Assembly: GCA_021604705.1 (NCBI GenBank)
Contig: BQJM01000001.1
Location: 8,276-72,275 of the forward strand
Direction: 5' to 3'
DNA length: 64,000 nt
From: a marine bacterium B5-7
GTDB lineage: Bacteria > Pseudomonadota > Gammaproteobacteria > BQJM01
Shown here: positions 33,587 to 46,622 of the stretch, piece after piece
Layout: every line of letters begins with the position of its first letter
Position numbering within the stretch: position 1 is the stretch's first letter
Position numbers and translations under genes: made by a program
Notes under the pieces: generated by a model
The model's input: the letters and a program-made list of their open reading frames with translations, nothing else
Databases searched by the model: none
Told to the model about the DNA's origin: nothing

Positions 33587-34117
33587 ATGTCTAGAAGAAG
33601 AGAAGCCGAGAAGCGAGAAATTTTACCTGATCCTAAACTAGGTAGTAAATTGATCGCGAAGTTCGTTAACCACGTGATGTCACGTGGCAAGAAATCAATT
33701 GCAGAGAAAGTCGTCTATGGCGCCTTGATGCAAGCGTTCGAAAAAGTCAAAAACAAAGTGAACGCAGAAGCGGTTGAAGGCGAAGGTGGCAATGAAGATG
33801 GCGGCCAAGCTGCAGCCATTCTAAAATTCTTTGATATGTGTATGGATAACATTCGTCCTGCGGTAGAAGTAAAATCTCGCCGTGTGGGTGGTGCAACGTA
33901 TCAAGTGCCGATTGAAGTGCGTCCAGCACGTAGCATGGCGTTAGCGATGCGTTGGTTGGTCGAAGCAGCTAAGAAACGTGGTGAAAAAACCATGGTAGGG
34001 CGCTTAGCAGGTGAATTATTAGATGCCTTTGCAGGCAAGGGGTCGGCGGTGAAGAAGCGTGAAGACACGCACCGTATGGCGAAAGCAAACCAAGCGTTCG
34101 CGCATTTCCGTTGGTAA
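33587..34117 (+). CDS. rpsG: 30S ribosomal protein S7 (with a small Gly/Glu-rich insertion).
   Basis: S7 N- and C-terminal conserved blocks. Confidence 0.95.
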   Translation: MSRRREAEKREILPDPKLGSKLIAKFVNHVMSRGKKSIAEKVVYGALMQAFEKVKNKVNAEAVEGEGGNEDGGQAAAILKFFDMCMDNIRPAVEVKSRRVGGATYQVPIEVRPARSMALAMRWLVEAAKKRGEKTMVGRLAGELLDAFAGKGSAVKKREDTHRMAKANQAFAHFRW

Positions 34118-34138
34118 TTATTTAAAGGGGGACATCAC

Positions 34139-36229
34139 GTGGCACGTGATACGGACTTAAATCAATATCGTAACGTCGGCATCATGGCGCATATCGACGC
34201 GGGTAAAACAACAACGACCGAGCGTATCCTCTATTACACCGGTGTGTCTCACAAAATTGGTGAAGTGCATGATGGTGCTGCGACCATGGATTGGATGGAG
34301 CAAGAGCAGGAACGTGGTATCACGATTACGTCTGCTGCGACCACCTGTTACTGGTCTGGCATGGACAAGCAATTTCCTCAGCATCGTGTCAACATTATTG
34401 ACACCCCTGGGCACGTAGATTTCACGATTGAAGTAGAACGTTCCTTGCGTGTATTGGATGGTGCTGTCGCGGTCTTCTGTTCAGTAGGTGGTGTAGAGCC
34501 GCAATCTGAAACAGTTTGGCGTCAAGCAAATAAATACAATGTGCCACGTATGGCATTCGTCAACAAGATGGATCGTGCGGGTGCAAACTTCTTGCGTGTG
34601 GTTGAGCAAATTAATACACGCCTAGGTGCTAATCCTATTCCATTACAGTTACCTATTGGTGCTGAAGAAAATTTCCAGGGTGTTGTAGATTTAATTCGCA
34701 TGAAGGCGATTTACTGGAACGAAGATGATCGTGGCATGACTTACGAAGCAAGAGATATTGCAGAAGAGATGCAAGCTGAATGTGCTGAGTGGCGTGAAAA
34801 AATGGTAGAAGCTGCTGCAGAAGCCAATGAAGAGCTTATGCATAAATACCTTGAAGAAGGTGATTTGTCTGAAGAAGAAATCCGTGCAGGTATTCGTGCA
34901 CGTACGATTAACAACGAAATTATCCCAGTCATGTGTGGTTCAGCCTTCAAGAACAAAGGTGTGCAAGCATTATTGGATGCAATGATTTATTACATGCCTG
35001 CGCCGCACGATGTGGAAGCCATTACGGGTGAAACAGAGGACGGCGAGACAGCTAAACGTGAATCTACCGATGCTCAACCATTTGCTGCATTGGCCTTTAA
35101 AATTATGACAGACCCATTTGTGGGTACTTTAACCTTCTTCCGTGTTTATTCCGGTGTGCTAAATTCTGGTGACACTCTATACAACCCGGTTAAAGGCAAA
35201 AAAGAACGTGTTGGACGTATCTTGCAGATGCATTCAAACAGTCGTACAGAAATTAAAGAAGTGCGAGCAGGTGATATTGCTGCTGCCGTGGGTCTGAAAA
35301 ACGTGACAACGGGTGATACGCTGTGTGATCTGAAGAACATCATTACTCTAGAGCGTATGGAATTCCCTGAGCCAGTGATTTCTGTTGCTGTAGAACCTAA
35401 GACTAAGTCTGATCAGGAAAAAATGGGGATTGCGCTTAACAAATTGGCGCAAGAAGATCCTTCTTTCCGTGTACACACTGACGAAGAATCTGGTCAAACG
35501 ATTATTGCCGGTATGGGTGAATTACACTTGGATATCTTGGTTGATCGCATGCGTCGTGAATTTAGCGTGGAAGCGAATGTTGGTAAGCCACAGGTTGCTT
35601 ACCGTGAAACAATTCGCCAAGGCATCGAGCACGAACACAAGTTTGCGCGTCAAAGTGGTGGTCGTGGTCAATTCGGTCACGTGTATTTACGCATTGAGCC
35701 ACGTGAACCTGGTGAAGGTTACGAATTCATTAATGAAATCGTTGGTGGTGTGATTCCTAAAGAATATATTCCTGCCGTTGATAAAGGTGTGCAGGAGCAG
35801 ATGGAAAATGGTGTGATTGCGGGTTATCCTGTCGTCGATGTACAAGTCACGCTATATGATGGTTCTTACCATGATGTCGATTCCAGTGAATTGGCGTTTA
35901 AGATTGCAGGTTCGATGTGCTTTAGAGAAGGCGCGAAAAAAGCGAAGCCAGTTATCTTAGAGCCTATGATGAAAGTAGAAGCGGTTACCCCTGAAGAATA
36001 TATGGGTGATGTGATGGGTGACTTAAACCGTCGCCGTGGTCTAGTGCAGGGAATGGAAGATGGTCCATCCGGCAAGATCATTCGTGCAGAAGTGCCATTG
36101 GCGGAAATGTTTGGTTATGCGACGGACTTACGTTCTATGTCGCAAGGCCGTGCAAGCTACTCAATGGAATTTGCGAAGTATAATGAAGCCCCTGCAAATA
36201 TTGCAGAAGGTTTGATGGAGAAAGCGTAA
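34139..36229 (+). CDS. fusA: Elongation factor G.
   Basis: GTG start; G1-G4 motifs [18 protein letters not shown]. Confidence 0.97.
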   Translation: MARDTDLNQYRNVGIMAHIDAGKTTTTERILYYTGVSHKIGEVHDGAATMDWMEQEQERGITITSAATTCYWSGMDKQFPQHRVNIIDTPGHVDFTIEVERSLRVLDGAVAVFCSVGGVEPQSETVWRQANKYNVPRMAFVNKMDRAGANFLRVVEQINTRLGANPIPLQLPIGAEENFQGVVDLIRMKAIYWNEDDRGMTYEARDIAEEMQAECAEWREKMVEAAAEANEELMHKYLEEGDLSEEEIRAGIRARTINNEIIPVMCGSAFKNKGVQALLDAMIYYMPAPHDVEAITGETEDGETAKRESTDAQPFAALAFKIMTDPFVGTLTFFRVYSGVLNSGDTLYNPVKGKKERVGRILQMHSNSRTEIKEVRAGDIAAAVGLKNVTTGDTLCDLKNIITLERMEFPEPVISVAVEPKTKSDQEKMGIALNKLAQEDPSFRVHTDEESGQTIIAGMGELHLDILVDRMRREFSVEANVGKPQVAYRETIRQGIEHEHKFARQSGGRGQFGHVYLRIEPREPGEGYEFINEIVGGVIPKEYIPAVDKGVQEQMENGVIAGYPVVDVQVTLYDGSYHDVDSSELAFKIAGSMCFREGAKKAKPVILEPMMKVEAVTPEEYMGDVMGDLNRRRGLVQGMEDGPSGKIIRAEVPLAEMFGYATDLRSMSQGRASYSMEFAKYNEAPANIAEGLMEKA

Positions 36230-36337
36230 AAGCGCTAATTTTTTTTTGAACTGTATTATGGGTTCAAGGGTCTGTTCCTAAAATTCCGATTTTAGGAACA
36301 GGTCCCAAGAAGCTCGACATAGCAAAGAGGCAATGAA

Positions 36338-37525
36338 ATGGCAAATAAATTTGAACGGAACAAACCCCACGTTAACGTTGGTACCATCGGACACGTGGAT
36401 CATGGTAAAACAACCTTGAGTGCAGCGATTGCGACTGTGCAAGCGGCAGCTTTGGGTACAGAAGCACGTAGCTTCGCGGATATTGATAATGCGCCTGAAG
36501 AAAGAGAGCGTGGTATTACGATTGCAACATCGCACATCGAATACGAATCAGTAAACCGTCACTATGCTCACGTCGATTGTCCTGGACATGCCGATTACGT
36601 GAAAAATATGATTACGGGTGCTGCACAAATGGACGGCGCGATTCTTGTAGTGAGCGCAGCTGATGGTCCTATGCCACAAACACGTGAACACATTTTGTTG
36701 GCTCGTCAGGTTGGTGTGCCTTATATCGTGGTTTTCTTGAATAAAGCAGACATGGTTGACGATGCTGAATTATTAGAGCTCGTTGAAATGGAAGTGCGTG
36801 AATTGCTAAGCAGCTACGACTTCCCTGGTGATGATATTCCTGTGATTACTGGTTCTGCGCTGAAAGCGTTGGAAGGTGATCAAAGCGAAATTGGTGCGCC
36901 AGCCATTGGAAAATTGATGGAAGCTTTGGATACTTACATTCCTGAGCCAGAACGTGAAATCGACAAACCTTTCTTGATGCCAATTGAAGATGTATTCTCA
37001 ATCTCTGGTCGTGGTACTGTTATCACCGGTCGTATTGAGCGCGGTATCGTTAAAGTCGGTGAAGAAATTGAAATCGTTGGTATTAACGACACGCAAGTAA
37101 CAACGGTTACTGGTGTTGAAATGTTCCGTAAATTGCTTGACGAAGGTCGTGCAGGGGACAACGTAGGTTTATTGCTACGTGGCTTGAAGCGTGAGCAAGT
37201 GGAACGTGGTCAAGTTGCTGCGAAAAAAGGTTCTATGAAGCCGCATACTAAATTTGAATGTGAAGTTTATATCTTGTCGAAAGATGAAGGTGGTCGTCAT
37301 ACACCATTCTTCAAAGGGTATAAGCCACAATTCTACTTCCGTACAACGGATGTGACCGGTGACGTGACCTTGCCTGAAGGCGTTGAAATGGTCATGCCTG
37401 GCGATAACATCAAAATGGTTGTTGATCTTATCAACCCAATTGCGATGGAAGAAGGTTTGCGCTTCGCGATTCGTGAAGGTGGTCGTACCGTGGGTGCGGG
37501 TGTTGTAGCGAAAATCTTTGAGTAA
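36338..37525 (+). CDS. tuf: Elongation factor Tu (the only copy in the window).
   Basis: [22 protein letters not shown]. Confidence 0.97.
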   Translation: MANKFERNKPHVNVGTIGHVDHGKTTLSAAIATVQAAALGTEARSFADIDNAPEERERGITIATSHIEYESVNRHYAHVDCPGHADYVKNMITGAAQMDGAILVVSAADGPMPQTREHILLARQVGVPYIVVFLNKADMVDDAELLELVEMEVRELLSSYDFPGDDIPVITGSALKALEGDQSEIGAPAIGKLMEALDTYIPEPEREIDKPFLMPIEDVFSISGRGTVITGRIERGIVKVGEEIEIVGINDTQVTTVTGVEMFRKLLDEGRAGDNVGLLLRGLKREQVERGQVAAKKGSMKPHTKFECEVYILSKDEGGRHTPFFKGYKPQFYFRTTDVTGDVTLPEGVEMVMPGDNIKMVVDLINPIAMEEGLRFAIREGGRTVGAGVVAKIFE

Positions 37526-37535
37526 TGATAACTAG

Positions 37536-37568
37536 GGGCTGCTGTTTACAGCATCCCCATTTTTGAGA
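37536..37568 (+). terminator. tuf terminator / S10 leader hairpin (GGGGCTGCTGTTTACAGCATCCCC followed by ATTTTT).
   Basis: Seen in sequence. Confidence 0.6.
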
Positions 37569-37579
37569 AGAGAACAACG

Positions 37580-37906
37580 ATGGCAGTCAAAGTCAGTAAA
37601 AGTCAAACGATTCGGATTCGATTAAAATCTACCGATCACCGTTTAATTGACAATTCAACCCGTGAAATCGTGGATACGGCAAAACGTACCGGTGCGCAAG
37701 TGCAAGGTCCAATTCCATTGCCTACACGCAAAGAACGCATTACGATTTTGACCTCACCACACGTGAACAAAGACGCGCGGGATCAATATGAAATTCGTAC
37801 GCACAAGCGCTTAATTGACATCGTGCAGCCAACGGATAAAACCGTTGATGCATTGATGAAATTAGATTTGGCCGCGGGTGTGGATGTTGAGATTACCGTA
37901 GATTAG
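37580..37906 (+). CDS. rpsJ: 30S ribosomal protein S10.
   Basis: [14 protein letters not shown]...[22 protein letters not shown]. Confidence 0.95.
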   Translation: MAVKVSKSQTIRIRLKSTDHRLIDNSTREIVDTAKRTGAQVQGPIPLPTRKERITILTSPHVNKDARDQYEIRTHKRLIDIVQPTDKTVDALMKLDLAAGVDVEITVD

Positions 37907-37916
37907 GAATGAAAAA

Positions 37917-38585
37917 ATGAAAGTCGGTGTAGTTGGACAAAAAATCGGTATGACGCGAGTCTTTCAAGAAGATGGCGTAGCAGTGCCCGTGACGGTAATT
38001 GAAGTCAAACCGAACACGATCACGCAAATTAAAACATCAGCTCATGATGGTTATGCCGCTATTCAGGTGACAACCGGTTCTCGCAAAGCGAATCGTGTCC
38101 CTAAAGCAGCTGCAGGTCATTTTGCGAAAGCAAATGCTGAGGCTGGACGTGGTTTGTGGGAATTCCGTTTGGCGGGCGATCTTGACTCAAAAGCCGAAGG
38201 TGCTTTGAAAGTTGGGGATGCCTTAGATTTGAATGCATTTGTTGCGGGTGAAGATGTTGACGTAACAGCGCATTCCCGTGGTAAAGGGTTTGCTGGTGCG
38301 ATTAAACGGCACAACTTTAGCATGCAGCCTGCGAGTCATGGTAACTCTTTGGCGCATCGTGCACCGGGTTCTATCGGTCAAAACCAGACACCACGTCGCG
38401 TGTTTAAAGGTAAGAAAATGGCGGGGCAAATGGGTAATGTGCGTAAAACTGTGCAGAATCAAACCTTGGTGAAAATTGATGTTGAACGCGGCTTATTCTT
38501 AGTCAAAGGTACAGTGCCTGGTGCACCAGGTGCCAGCGTGATCGTCAAACCTGCCGTGAAAGCAAAAGAAGGCGATAAAGCATGA
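37917..38585 (+). CDS. rplC: 50S ribosomal protein L3.
   Basis: [23 protein letters not shown]. Confidence 0.95.
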   Translation: MKVGVVGQKIGMTRVFQEDGVAVPVTVIEVKPNTITQIKTSAHDGYAAIQVTTGSRKANRVPKAAAGHFAKANAEAGRGLWEFRLAGDLDSKAEGALKVGDALDLNAFVAGEDVDVTAHSRGKGFAGAIKRHNFSMQPASHGNSLAHRAPGSIGQNQTPRRVFKGKKMAGQMGNVRKTVQNQTLVKIDVERGLFLVKGTVPGAPGASVIVKPAVKAKEGDKA

Positions 38586-39196
38586 AATTAACCATGGCAA
38601 GCGCTGCTAGCAGCAAAAAGAATATTGAATTGGCCGATGCTGTCTTCAATGTGGATTTTCGTGAAGGCTTGATACATCAGGTTGTTACTGCATGTTTTTC
38701 TAACTCACACTTGGGTTCTAAAAAACAAAAGACACGTAGTGAAGTAAGTGGTGGTGGTCGTAAGCCTTGGGCTCAAAAAGGTAGTGGTCGAGCGCGTGCG
38801 GGTAGTATTCGTAGCCCGATCTGGCGTTCTGGTGGTAGAACATTTGCCGCGAGACCTCATGTTGGCCAACAAAAAGTGAATAAAAAAATGTTCGCGGGTG
38901 CATTGCGTAGCGCACTTTCTGAGTTGGCACGTCTTTCTCGATTGCATGTTACGGACAGTGTTTTGCTAGAAACACCGAAAACCAAAGATTTAATTGGCAA
39001 ATTAGCGGGTTTGAATCTTAAAAATGTGTTGATTGTTGTTGAAGCTTTTGACAAAAATTTATATTTGGCTGCACGTAATTTACCAAACGTGTCGGTTTGC
39101 CTATCTACAGAAGTTGATCCATTGCGCTTGTTGCGCCATGAGCATGTTTTGATGAGTGAGCCAGCTGTCAAGAAAATTGAGGAGTGCTTTTCATGA
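38582..39196 (+). CDS. rplD: 50S ribosomal protein L4.
   Basis: [29 protein letters not shown]. Confidence 0.95.
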   Translation: MKLTMASAASSKKNIELADAVFNVDFREGLIHQVVTACFSNSHLGSKKQKTRSEVSGGGRKPWAQKGSGRARAGSIRSPIWRSGGRTFAARPHVGQQKVNKKMFAGALRSALSELARLSRLHVTDSVLLETPKTKDLIGKLAGLNLKNVLIVVEAFDKNLYLAARNLPNVSVCLSTEVDPLRLLRHEHVLMSEPAVKKIEECFS

Positions 39197-39486
39197 GTGC
39201 ACATCTAATGCAAGTTATTGCAGCCCCCCATGTTTCTGAAAAAAGTAGCATGGCTGGTGAAGCGAATAACCAATATGTTTTTAAAGTTGCAAAAAATGCG
39301 ACAAAGCACGATATTAAGCGTGCAGTAGAAGAAATTTTCAAAGTAACGGTCAGCGCTGTGCGCACCCTGAACTTTGAAGGTAAACGTAAGCGCTTTGGGC
39401 AGCGTCCTGGGCAACGTAACGCGTGGAAAAAAGCGTACGTGAGCTTGCCAGCTGGCCAAGAAATTGATTTTGCAGTAGAAGGTTAA
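39193..39486 (+). CDS. rplW: 50S ribosomal protein L23.
   Basis: [19 protein letters not shown] aligns with the L23 N-terminus; the ORF-track start 39184 is 3 codons upstream. Confidence 0.92.
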   Translation: MSAHLMQVIAAPHVSEKSSMAGEANNQYVFKVAKNATKHDIKRAVEEIFKVTVSAVRTLNFEGKRKRFGQRPGQRNAWKKAYVSLPAGQEIDFAVEG

Positions 39487-39490
39487 CCCC

Positions 39491-40333
39491 ATGACAGTTA
39501 TCGTAAAAAAAGCTAAACCAACTTCTGCCGGACGCCGCTTTGTTGTACAAGTGCGCGAAACGGAATTACATAAAGGTGCGCCGCATGCTGCGTTAGTTGC
39601 ACCGAAAAAACGTTGTAGTGGCCGTAACAATGCGGGTCGCATTACCGTTCGTCATCGTGGTGGCGGACACAAACGTCAATACCGTATCATTGATTTCAAG
39701 CGTAACAAAGATGGTGTGCCAGGACGTATTGAACGTTTAGAATATGATCCTAACCGTACTGCGCATATTGCTTTAATATTATATGCAGATGGTGAACGTC
39801 GTTACATTATTGCGCCAGAAGGCTTGTATAAAGACGCTGAAATTATTTCAGGTGCAGATGCGCCGATTAAAGTGGGTAATACCTTGCCGTTACGTAACAT
39901 ATTAGATGGTACGAATGTGCATTGTATCGAATTAAAAGTCGGTAAAGGTGCGCAGCTAGCACGTAGTGCCGGTACGAGTGCTCGTATTGTTTCACACGAA
40001 GGTGCATATGTTGTTTTACGTATGCGTTCAGGCGAAGTTCGTCGTGTACTAGCTGATTGCCGTGCAACAGTTGGTGAAGTCTGTAACGGAAAGCACAACT
40101 TGCGTTCACTCGGTAAAGCGGGTGCATCTCGTTGGCGCGGTCGTCGCCCAACAGTGCGTGGTGTTGTTATGAATCCGGTTGATCACCCACATGGTGGTGG
40201 TGAAGGTCGTTCGTCTGGTGGTCGTCATCCTGTATCACCTTGGGGTGTGCCAACGAAAGGGTACAAAACTCGTAAGAATAAACGCACCAATAATATGATT
40301 GTTAAACGTCGCCAACGTAAACGCGATAAGTAG
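39491..40333 (+). CDS. rplB: 50S ribosomal protein L2.
   Basis: [33 protein letters not shown]. Confidence 0.96.
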   Translation: MTVIVKKAKPTSAGRRFVVQVRETELHKGAPHAALVAPKKRCSGRNNAGRITVRHRGGGHKRQYRIIDFKRNKDGVPGRIERLEYDPNRTAHIALILYADGERRYIIAPEGLYKDAEIISGADAPIKVGNTLPLRNILDGTNVHCIELKVGKGAQLARSAGTSARIVSHEGAYVVLRMRSGEVRRVLADCRATVGEVCNGKHNLRSLGKAGASRWRGRRPTVRGVVMNPVDHPHGGGEGRSSGGRHPVSPWGVPTKGYKTRKNKRTNNMIVKRRQRKRDK

Positions 40334-40344
40334 GAGAAAGTATA

Positions 40345-40617
40345 GTGCCACGTTCCTTAAAAAAAGGTCCTTTTATCGACCATCACCTGATAAAAAAGGT
40401 AGATCAAGCGGTTGCGACTAACAGCAAAAAACCGATTAAGACCTGGTCGCGTCGTTCAGTGATTGCACCAGAAATGGTGGGCTTAACGATTGCTGTACAT
40501 AATGGTCGTTTGCACGTACCTGTTTTTGTGACTGAAGCGATGGTTGGACACAAGTTGGGCGAGTTCGCGGCGACGCGTACTTATAGAGGTCACGCAGCAG
40601 ATAAGAAAGGCAAGTAG
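40345..40617 (+). CDS. rpsS: 30S ribosomal protein S19 (GTG start).
   Basis: [18 protein letters not shown]. Confidence 0.95.
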   Translation: MPRSLKKGPFIDHHLIKKVDQAVATNSKKPIKTWSRRSVIAPEMVGLTIAVHNGRLHVPVFVTEAMVGHKLGEFAATRTYRGHAADKKGK

Positions 40618-40626
40618 GGGGACGTG

Positions 40627-40971
40627 ATGGAAGTTGCAGCACATGTAAAAGATGTCAGATTTTCCGCTCAGAAAGCGCGTCTGGTGATTGATCAAGTTCG
40701 CGGTTTGCCCGTTGAGCGTGCCTTAGATATTTTAACATTCAGCACAAAGAAAGCGGCTGGTGTGATAAAGAAAGCGTTGGAGTCTGCGATTGCAAATGCA
40801 GAAAACAACAATGGTTTAGATTTGGATGCGTTGTTTATCTCAACTGCTTATGCAGATGAGGCAACAACACATAAACGGTTTCGTGCGCGTGCGCGCGGAC
40901 GCTCTAACACGATTTTGAAGCGTGGTTGTCATATCACGTTGAAAGTATCAGAAAAAAGTGAGAGTCACTAA
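40627..40971 (+). CDS. rplV: 50S ribosomal protein L22.
   Basis: [26 protein letters not shown]. Confidence 0.94.
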   Translation: MEVAAHVKDVRFSAQKARLVIDQVRGLPVERALDILTFSTKKAAGVIKKALESAIANAENNNGLDLDALFISTAYADEATTHKRFRARARGRSNTILKRGCHITLKVSEKSESH

Positions 40972-41663
40972 TGGGTCAAAAAGTTAATCCAATTGTTATC
41001 CGTACTGGTATTACCCGCGACGCTAAAGCGCGTTGGGTTACCAAAAAGAAATCAGCATTTGCGGACATGTTGTTCCGTGATATGCAATTACGAGAGTATT
41101 TGCAAGCTAAGCTAGGTCATGCGGGTATTAGTAATATCCAAATTGATCGACCTGCGAAAAATGCTGTGGTCACCATCAAGGCTGCAAGACCGGGTATTAT
41201 CATTGGTCGTAAGGGTGAAGATACAGAAAAATTGCGCGCACAAGCTAGTAAAATCATGGGTGTGCCCGTGCATGTGAATGTAGAAGAAGTTCGCAAGCAA
41301 GAGATGGATGCTAAGTTAGTCGCTGAAACGATTGCGCAGCAATTAGAAAAACGGATTATGTTCCGTCGTGCGATGAAACGCGCTGTTTCTTCTGCACTAC
41401 GTGCTGGCGCATTAGGTATTAAAGTGCGTGTTGCTGGGCGTTTGGGTGGTGCAGAGATTGCACGTAGCGAATGGTATCGTGAAGGTCGTGTGCCGTTACA
41501 TACTTTCCGTGCTGATATTGATTATGGCACAGCAAGAGCACAAACCACTTATGGTGTGATTGGTGTGAAAGTTTGGATTTATAAAGGGGATGTTTTTCAG
41601 CGTGGTAATAAGCAGGAAGACAATGCCGGCGAAAACTCAAAAACTGACAAAAGTAGAGGATAG
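40971..41663 (+). CDS. rpsC: 30S ribosomal protein S3.
   Basis: MGQKVNP...[13 protein letters not shown] (KH domain). Confidence 0.96.
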   Translation: MGQKVNPIVIRTGITRDAKARWVTKKKSAFADMLFRDMQLREYLQAKLGHAGISNIQIDRPAKNAVVTIKAARPGIIIGRKGEDTEKLRAQASKIMGVPVHVNVEEVRKQEMDAKLVAETIAQQLEKRIMFRRAMKRAVSSALRAGALGIKVRVAGRLGGAEIARSEWYREGRVPLHTFRADIDYGTARAQTTYGVIGVKVWIYKGDVFQRGNKQEDNAGENSKTDKSRG

Positions 41664-41668
41664 GCGAG

Positions 41669-42082
41669 ATGTTACAACCGAAACGAACTAAGTTTCGCAA
41701 ACAACAGAAAGGTCGGAATCGCGGTGTTGCTACAACTGGCCATAAGGTCAGCTTTGGAGAATACGGCTTGAAGTCCACCGGTTGGGCGCGCATTACAGCA
41801 CGTCAGATTGAAGCGACACGTCGAGTGATTTCCCGTCACTTGAAACGGACAGGTAAAGTGTGGATTCGCTTATTTCCGGATAAGCCTATTACAAAAAAAC
41901 CTTTAGAAGTTCGTCAAGGTAAAGGTAAGGGTAATGTGGAGTATTGGGTAGCGTTAGTAAAACCTGGTACCGTGATGTTTGAAATTGAAGGTGTATCAGC
42001 AGAGTTGGCGCGCGAAGCTTTATTACTTGCTTCCGCTAAATTACCTGTTCGTACTACTTTCGTTGAAAGAACGGTGATGTGA
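41669..42082 (+). CDS. rplP: 50S ribosomal protein L16.
   Basis: [19 protein letters not shown]. Confidence 0.96.
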   Translation: MLQPKRTKFRKQQKGRNRGVATTGHKVSFGEYGLKSTGWARITARQIEATRRVISRHLKRTGKVWIRLFPDKPITKKPLEVRQGKGKGNVEYWVALVKPGTVMFEIEGVSAELAREALLLASAKLPVRTTFVERTVM

Positions 42083-42273
42083 TGAATGCATTAAATGAAT
42101 ATCGTCAAATGGACGGTAAAAAATTACAGGAAACTTTGGCAAGTTTGTTGAAAGAGCAATTTAACTTGCGCATGCAAAAGGGCACGGGTCAATTGGCTAA
42201 GCCGCATTTGTTGCGTCAAGTACGCCGTAATATTGCGCGTGTTAAAACTTTATTGCGGGGTGAAAAAGCATGA
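42082..42273 (+). CDS. rpmC: 50S ribosomal protein L29.
   Basis: [36 protein letters not shown]. Confidence 0.93.
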   Translation: MNALNEYRQMDGKKLQETLASLLKEQFNLRMQKGTGQLAKPHLLRQVRRNIARVKTLLRGEKA

Positions 42274-42527
42274 GTGAAGAACAGTTAAAAGGCTTGGTTC
42301 GTGGCGTCGTTGTTAGTGACGGCATGATGAAATCTTGTGTGATCAAAGTTGAACGTCGAGTGAAGCATCCTTTGTTGGGTAAGTATATTAAGCGTTCTTC
42401 AAAATTCATGGTGCACGATGAAGACAATGTCTGCAAAGTTGGGGACACCATTAGCATCAAACAAACGCGTCCGACGTCTAAGCGTAAAAGCTGGGCATTG
42501 GTCGAGGTTATTGAAAAAAGTAGGTAA
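42270..42527 (+). CDS. rpsQ: 30S ribosomal protein S17.
   Basis: [31 protein letters not shown]. Confidence 0.94.
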   Translation: MSEEQLKGLVRGVVVSDGMMKSCVIKVERRVKHPLLGKYIKRSSKFMVHDEDNVCKVGDTISIKQTRPTSKRKSWALVEVIEKSR

Positions 42528-42532
42528 TTGAG

Positions 42533-42898
42533 ATGATTCAAACAGAAAGCATGCTTGATGTAGCCGACAACAGTGGTGCACGCCGCGTGATGTGTATCAA
42601 GGTGTTGGGTGGTTCCAAACGTCGTTATGCACGCATTGGTGATCAAATTAAAGTGACCGTGAAGGAAGCGATTCCACGCGGTAAAGTGAAAAAAGGTGAC
42701 GTTATGCTGGCGGTTGTTGTACGCACAGCGAAAGGTGTTCGTCGTCCAGATGGTTCTTTGATTCGTTTTGACGGTAATGCAGCTGTCCTGCTTAATCCGC
42801 AGAAACAGCCGATTGGTACCCGGATCTTTGGCCCAGTGACTCGCGAATTGCGTGAGGCCTTCATGAAAATTATTTCGCTTGCACCGGAGGTGTTGTAA
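42533..42898 (+). CDS. rplN: 50S ribosomal protein L14.
   Basis: [17 protein letters not shown]. Confidence 0.96.
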   Translation: MIQTESMLDVADNSGARRVMCIKVLGGSKRRYARIGDQIKVTVKEAIPRGKVKKGDVMLAVVVRTAKGVRRPDGSLIRFDGNAAVLLNPQKQPIGTRIFGPVTRELREAFMKIISLAPEVL

Positions 42899-43245
42899 TG
42901 AGAAAACTAAAAACAGGTGATGACGTTATTGCAATTGCGGGCAAAGATAAAGGTGCGCGCGGTAAGATTTTGAAAGTTGTGACTAAAGCCAAGAAAGGCA
43001 AGAAAGCAACGCTAAAAGTATTGGTTGAAGGCTTGAATAAAGTGAAAAAACATGTACGTCCTGATCCACAGCGTAATCAGCAAGGTGGTATTTTGGAAAG
43101 AGAAATGCCAATGGCATTTTCTAATGTAGCTATTTTCAATCCTACAACGCAAAAAGCAGATAGGGTTGGGTTTAAGGTGTTGGAAGACGGAAAGAAAGTC
43201 CGTGTATTTAAGTCCAACGACGAAGTGATTGATATTGAAGGTTAA
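42898..43245 (+). CDS. rplX: 50S ribosomal protein L24.
   Basis: [23 protein letters not shown] (KOW). Confidence 0.94.
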   Translation: MRKLKTGDDVIAIAGKDKGARGKILKVVTKAKKGKKATLKVLVEGLNKVKKHVRPDPQRNQQGGILEREMPMAFSNVAIFNPTTQKADRVGFKVLEDGKKVRVFKSNDEVIDIEG

Positions 43246-43250
43246 AGACT

Positions 43251-43802
43251 ATGGCAAGGTTTAAACAATTTTATCGTGACACCATCGTCAAATCGTTGAT
43301 GGATAAGTTCAAGTACAAAAGCGTCATGCAGGTGCCTAAAATCACCAAGATTACATTGAACATGGGTGTTGGTGAAGCGGTAAACGATAAAAAACTCATG
43401 ACAAATGCGGTGAAAGATCTGACAGCGATTGCGGGGCAAAAAGCAGTAGTAACGCTGGCACGTAAATCGATTGCGGGTTTTAAAATTCGTGATGGTTGGC
43501 CAATTGGTTGCAAGGTAACGTTGCGTGGTGAACGCATGTATGAATTCCTTGACCGTTTGGTGTCTATTGCATTACCGCGTGTACGTGATTTTCGAGGCTT
43601 ATCGGGTAAATCTTTTGATGGAACTGGTAACTACAGTTTAGGTATCAAAGAGCAAATCGTTTTCCCAGAAATCGATTATGACAAAATTGACAAAATTCGT
43701 GGGCTGGATGTCTGTATTACGACGTCAGCTAAAACCAACGCAGAAGCACAGGCGTTATTATTAGCGTTTAATGTGCCTATTAAAGTGAAAGCAGAAGGGT
43801 AA
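43251..43802 (+). CDS. rplE: 50S ribosomal protein L5.
   Basis: [31 protein letters not shown]. Confidence 0.96.
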   Translation: MARFKQFYRDTIVKSLMDKFKYKSVMQVPKITKITLNMGVGEAVNDKKLMTNAVKDLTAIAGQKAVVTLARKSIAGFKIRDGWPIGCKVTLRGERMYEFLDRLVSIALPRVRDFRGLSGKSFDGTGNYSLGIKEQIVFPEIDYDKIDKIRGLDVCITTSAKTNAEAQALLLAFNVPIKVKAEG

Positions 43803-43805
43803 ACC

Positions 43806-44111
43806 ATGGCACGATTAGCAAAAATCCATAAGGAAAAAAAGCGTTGGAACTTAGTTCAACGTTTAGCGAAGAAGCGTGACGAATTGAAAGCCGTCATGAG
43901 CGATGAAAAGAAAGATGATGATGAACGTTTCGCAGCAGAAAAGCGTTTTCACGCGATGCCTCGTAACAGCAGTCCTTCTCGTCACACACGTCGCTGCCAA
44001 TCTTGTGGCCGACCACATGCGGTATACCGCCGTTTTGGTTTGTGTCGTTTATGTATCCGTAAAGCCATCGGTGAAGGTATTATTCCTGGCTTGAAAAAAG
44101 CTAGCTGGTAG
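43806..44111 (+). CDS. rpsN: 30S ribosomal protein S14.
   Basis: [23 protein letters not shown]. Confidence 0.94.
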   Translation: MARLAKIHKEKKRWNLVQRLAKKRDELKAVMSDEKKDDDERFAAEKRFHAMPRNSSPSRHTRRCQSCGRPHAVYRRFGLCRLCIRKAIGEGIIPGLKKASW

Positions 44112-44127
44112 CGCGAGGAAAAATAGT

Positions 44128-44523
44128 ATGAGTATGCAAGATCCTATTAGTAACATGTTAACCTGCATCCGTAATGGGCAGATGGTACAGAAGCCTTCCG
44201 TGGAATTTCCACATTCTAATGTGCAAGAAGCGATTGCTGGTGTGCTAAAGAGTGAAGGTTATATTATTGATTTTACGGTGAATACCGATGGTGTTAAAAA
44301 GACGCTATCTATTCAGCTGAAATATCATCAGGGTGAGCCTGTGATTGAAATGTTGAAGCGCGTTTCCAAGCCTAGCTTGCGAACTTACAAGAACTCTAGC
44401 GATATTCCGCAGGTGCGTGCTGGATTAGGTACCGTGATTATTTCAACCTCGAAAGGGGTGATGACGGGTTCACAGGCTAAAGCTGCGAATGAAGGCGGCG
44501 AAATTTTGTGTTACGTCGCGTAA
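44128..44523 (+). CDS. rpsH: 30S ribosomal protein S8.
   Basis: [18 protein letters not shown]. Confidence 0.95.
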   Translation: MSMQDPISNMLTCIRNGQMVQKPSVEFPHSNVQEAIAGVLKSEGYIIDFTVNTDGVKKTLSIQLKYHQGEPVIEMLKRVSKPSLRTYKNSSDIPQVRAGLGTVIISTSKGVMTGSQAKAANEGGEILCYVA

Positions 44524-44538
44524 CGGGTGGAGAAAACT

Positions 44539-45090
44539 ATGTCTCGAGTCGCAAAACAACCAATTAAATTACCACAAGGTGTCGCGCTGAATGTGAATGC
44601 TGCACTGGTAAACGTCAAAGGCCCAAAAGGTGAAATGAATCATGAATTACCGAAAGGTATTCAAGTGGACGTTGCTGATAATGTTGCAACCATTTCAATT
44701 ACTGCTGTCGCAAAGAATGGTACGGTGGATCAGACATTAGTGGCATTGTCGGGCACGAACCGCGCGCTAATTAGTAATATGGTTCACGGTGTGAGTGAAG
44801 GTTTTGAAAAGAAATTAGTGTTAAAAGGGGTGGGTTACCGCGCACAATTGCAGGGTAAGAAACTCAATTTAACCTTAGGTTTGTCGCATCCAGTGGTGTA
44901 TGAAGCCCCTGAGGGTATTACGCTGGAAACACCGTCTCAGACTGAGATTTCAGTCAAGGGTGCTGACAAGCAAGTGGTAGGGCAAGTGGCGGCTGATATT
45001 CGTAGTTATCGTCCACCAGAGCCTTACAAAGGTAAAGGGATCCGTTATGCGGATGAACATATTTCTCTGAAAGAAACGAAGAAGAAGTAG
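44539..45090 (+). CDS. rplF: 50S ribosomal protein L6.
   Basis: [15 protein letters not shown] aligns with the L6 N-terminus; the ORF-track start 44527 is 4 codons upstream. Confidence 0.94.
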   Translation: MSRVAKQPIKLPQGVALNVNAALVNVKGPKGEMNHELPKGIQVDVADNVATISITAVAKNGTVDQTLVALSGTNRALISNMVHGVSEGFEKKLVLKGVGYRAQLQGKKLNLTLGLSHPVVYEAPEGITLETPSQTEISVKGADKQVVGQVAADIRSYRPPEPYKGKGIRYADEHISLKETKKK

Positions 45091-45093
45091 GCC

Positions 45094-45462
45094 ATGATTA
45101 GTTCTAAAATTAGACGCGCACGTCGCGCATTGAAGACACGCAGTAATTTGCGTCGTCAACGCAATGGATTTCCCCGTCTTACCGTGCATCGCACTGGGCA
45201 GCATATTTATGCGCAGTTGATCACGCCGGCGGATGCGAAAGGGCTAACAACAACATTGGCGAGTGCGTCAACGTTGATGCCTGAATTACGCAAAACTTAT
45301 GGTGGTAACATGGCGGCTGCGGCAGCAGTTGGTAAACATGTTGCAGAGCAAGCAAAAGCGCAAGGCATTAGCCAAGTCGCTTTTGACCGTTCCGGATTTA
45401 AATATCATGGTCGTGTGAAAGCATTAGCAGACGCAGCACGTGAAAGTGGCTTAGAATTTTAA
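45094..45462 (+). CDS. rplR: 50S ribosomal protein L18.
   Basis: [16 protein letters not shown]. Confidence 0.94.
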   Translation: MISSKIRRARRALKTRSNLRRQRNGFPRLTVHRTGQHIYAQLITPADAKGLTTTLASASTLMPELRKTYGGNMAAAAAVGKHVAEQAKAQGISQVAFDRSGFKYHGRVKALADAARESGLEF

Positions 45463-45471
45463 AGGTGATTT

Positions 45472-45993
45472 ATGGCAAGCTTTGATCAATCAACAAAAAG
45501 CGATGGTTTTCAAGAAAAATTAGTGCGCGTTAACCGTGTCGCGAAAGTGGTAAAAGGTGGACGTATTTTCAGTTTCTCCGCACTGGTTGTTATCGGTGAC
45601 GGTAAAGGCCGTTTAGGCATGGGTTTTGGTAAGTCACGTGAGGTGCCTGCTGCGATTCAAAAGGCGCTAGAAAGTGCGCGTAGAAACTTAGTGACGATTA
45701 ATTTAAAAGATACAACTTTGTATCATGAAATCGTTGGGCGTCATGGCGCAACACGTGTCTTCATGAAACCTGCATCAGAGGGTACCGGTATTATTGCTGG
45801 TGGCGCGATGCGTGCGGTATTTGAAGTACTTGGTGTGCAAAACGTTTTGGCTAAGTGTATTGGTTCATCTAACCCGATGAATGTGGTACATGCCACTATT
45901 AATGGTTTGCAGCGTATGGCGACGCCTGAAGCGATCGCGGAAAAACGCGGTATTAGTGTCGCGAAAATTTATGAGGAAGCTGCAGATGCCTAA
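45472..45993 (+). CDS. rpsE: 30S ribosomal protein S5.
   Basis: [39 protein letters not shown]. Confidence 0.96.
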   Translation: MASFDQSTKSDGFQEKLVRVNRVAKVVKGGRIFSFSALVVIGDGKGRLGMGFGKSREVPAAIQKALESARRNLVTINLKDTTLYHEIVGRHGATRVFMKPASEGTGIIAGGAMRAVFEVLGVQNVLAKCIGSSNPMNVVHATINGLQRMATPEAIAEKRGISVAKIYEEAADA

Positions 45994-46171
45994 GCAATTG
46001 AAAATTACGTTGGTTCGTAGCCCTATTGGCACACGACCAGGACATAAAAAAAGTTTAGCTGCACTGGGTTTGCGTAAAATACGCCAATCAGTTGTGCAAC
46101 CTGACAATGCATCGACTCACGGTGCGGTGAACAAAATCTCATATTTATTGAAGGTAGAGCCATGCGATTAA
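45986..46171 (+). CDS. rpmD: 50S ribosomal protein L30.
   Basis: [15 protein letters not shown], in frame with track ORF 45881-46171; ATG placed at 45986. Confidence 0.9.
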   Translation: MPKQLKITLVRSPIGTRPGHKKSLAALGLRKIRQSVVQPDNASTHGAVNKISYLLKVEPCD

Positions 46172-46620
46172 ATACATTAAAGCCACAACCGGGTTCCCGG
46201 CATACGAAAACTCGTTTGGGCCGAGGTATCGGTTCAGGCAAAGGTAAAACGGCAGGTCGTGGTCATAAAGGTCAGCGCGCACGTTCTGGTGGTTACCATA
46301 AAGTTGGTTTTGAAGGTGGTCAAATGCCTTTGCAACGTCGACTACCTAAGTTTGGTTTCAAAAGCCGTAAAAGCATGGTGTATCAGCAGTTACGTTTAGA
46401 TGCACTGAATAAATTGACTGAAACAGATATTGATATCGAACTATTAAAGAAGCACAACCTTGTTGGCACACAAATTTTAACAGTAAAGATTTTTCTTGCT
46501 GGTGAAATTACGCGTGCGGTTAACATTAAAGGCTTACGTGTTACAGCGGGTGCTCGCAAAGCGATTGAAGCAGCCGGTGGAAAAGTCGAAGTCCCAGTCG
46601 ACGTTGAAAGCGAGGCTTAA
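46162..46620 (+). CDS. rplO: 50S ribosomal protein L15.
   Basis: [38 protein letters not shown]. Confidence 0.95.
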   Translation: MRLNTLKPQPGSRHTKTRLGRGIGSGKGKTAGRGHKGQRARSGGYHKVGFEGGQMPLQRRLPKFGFKSRKSMVYQQLRLDALNKLTETDIDIELLKKHNLVGTQILTVKIFLAGEITRAVNIKGLRVTAGARKAIEAAGGKVEVPVDVESEA

Positions 46621-46622
46621 GG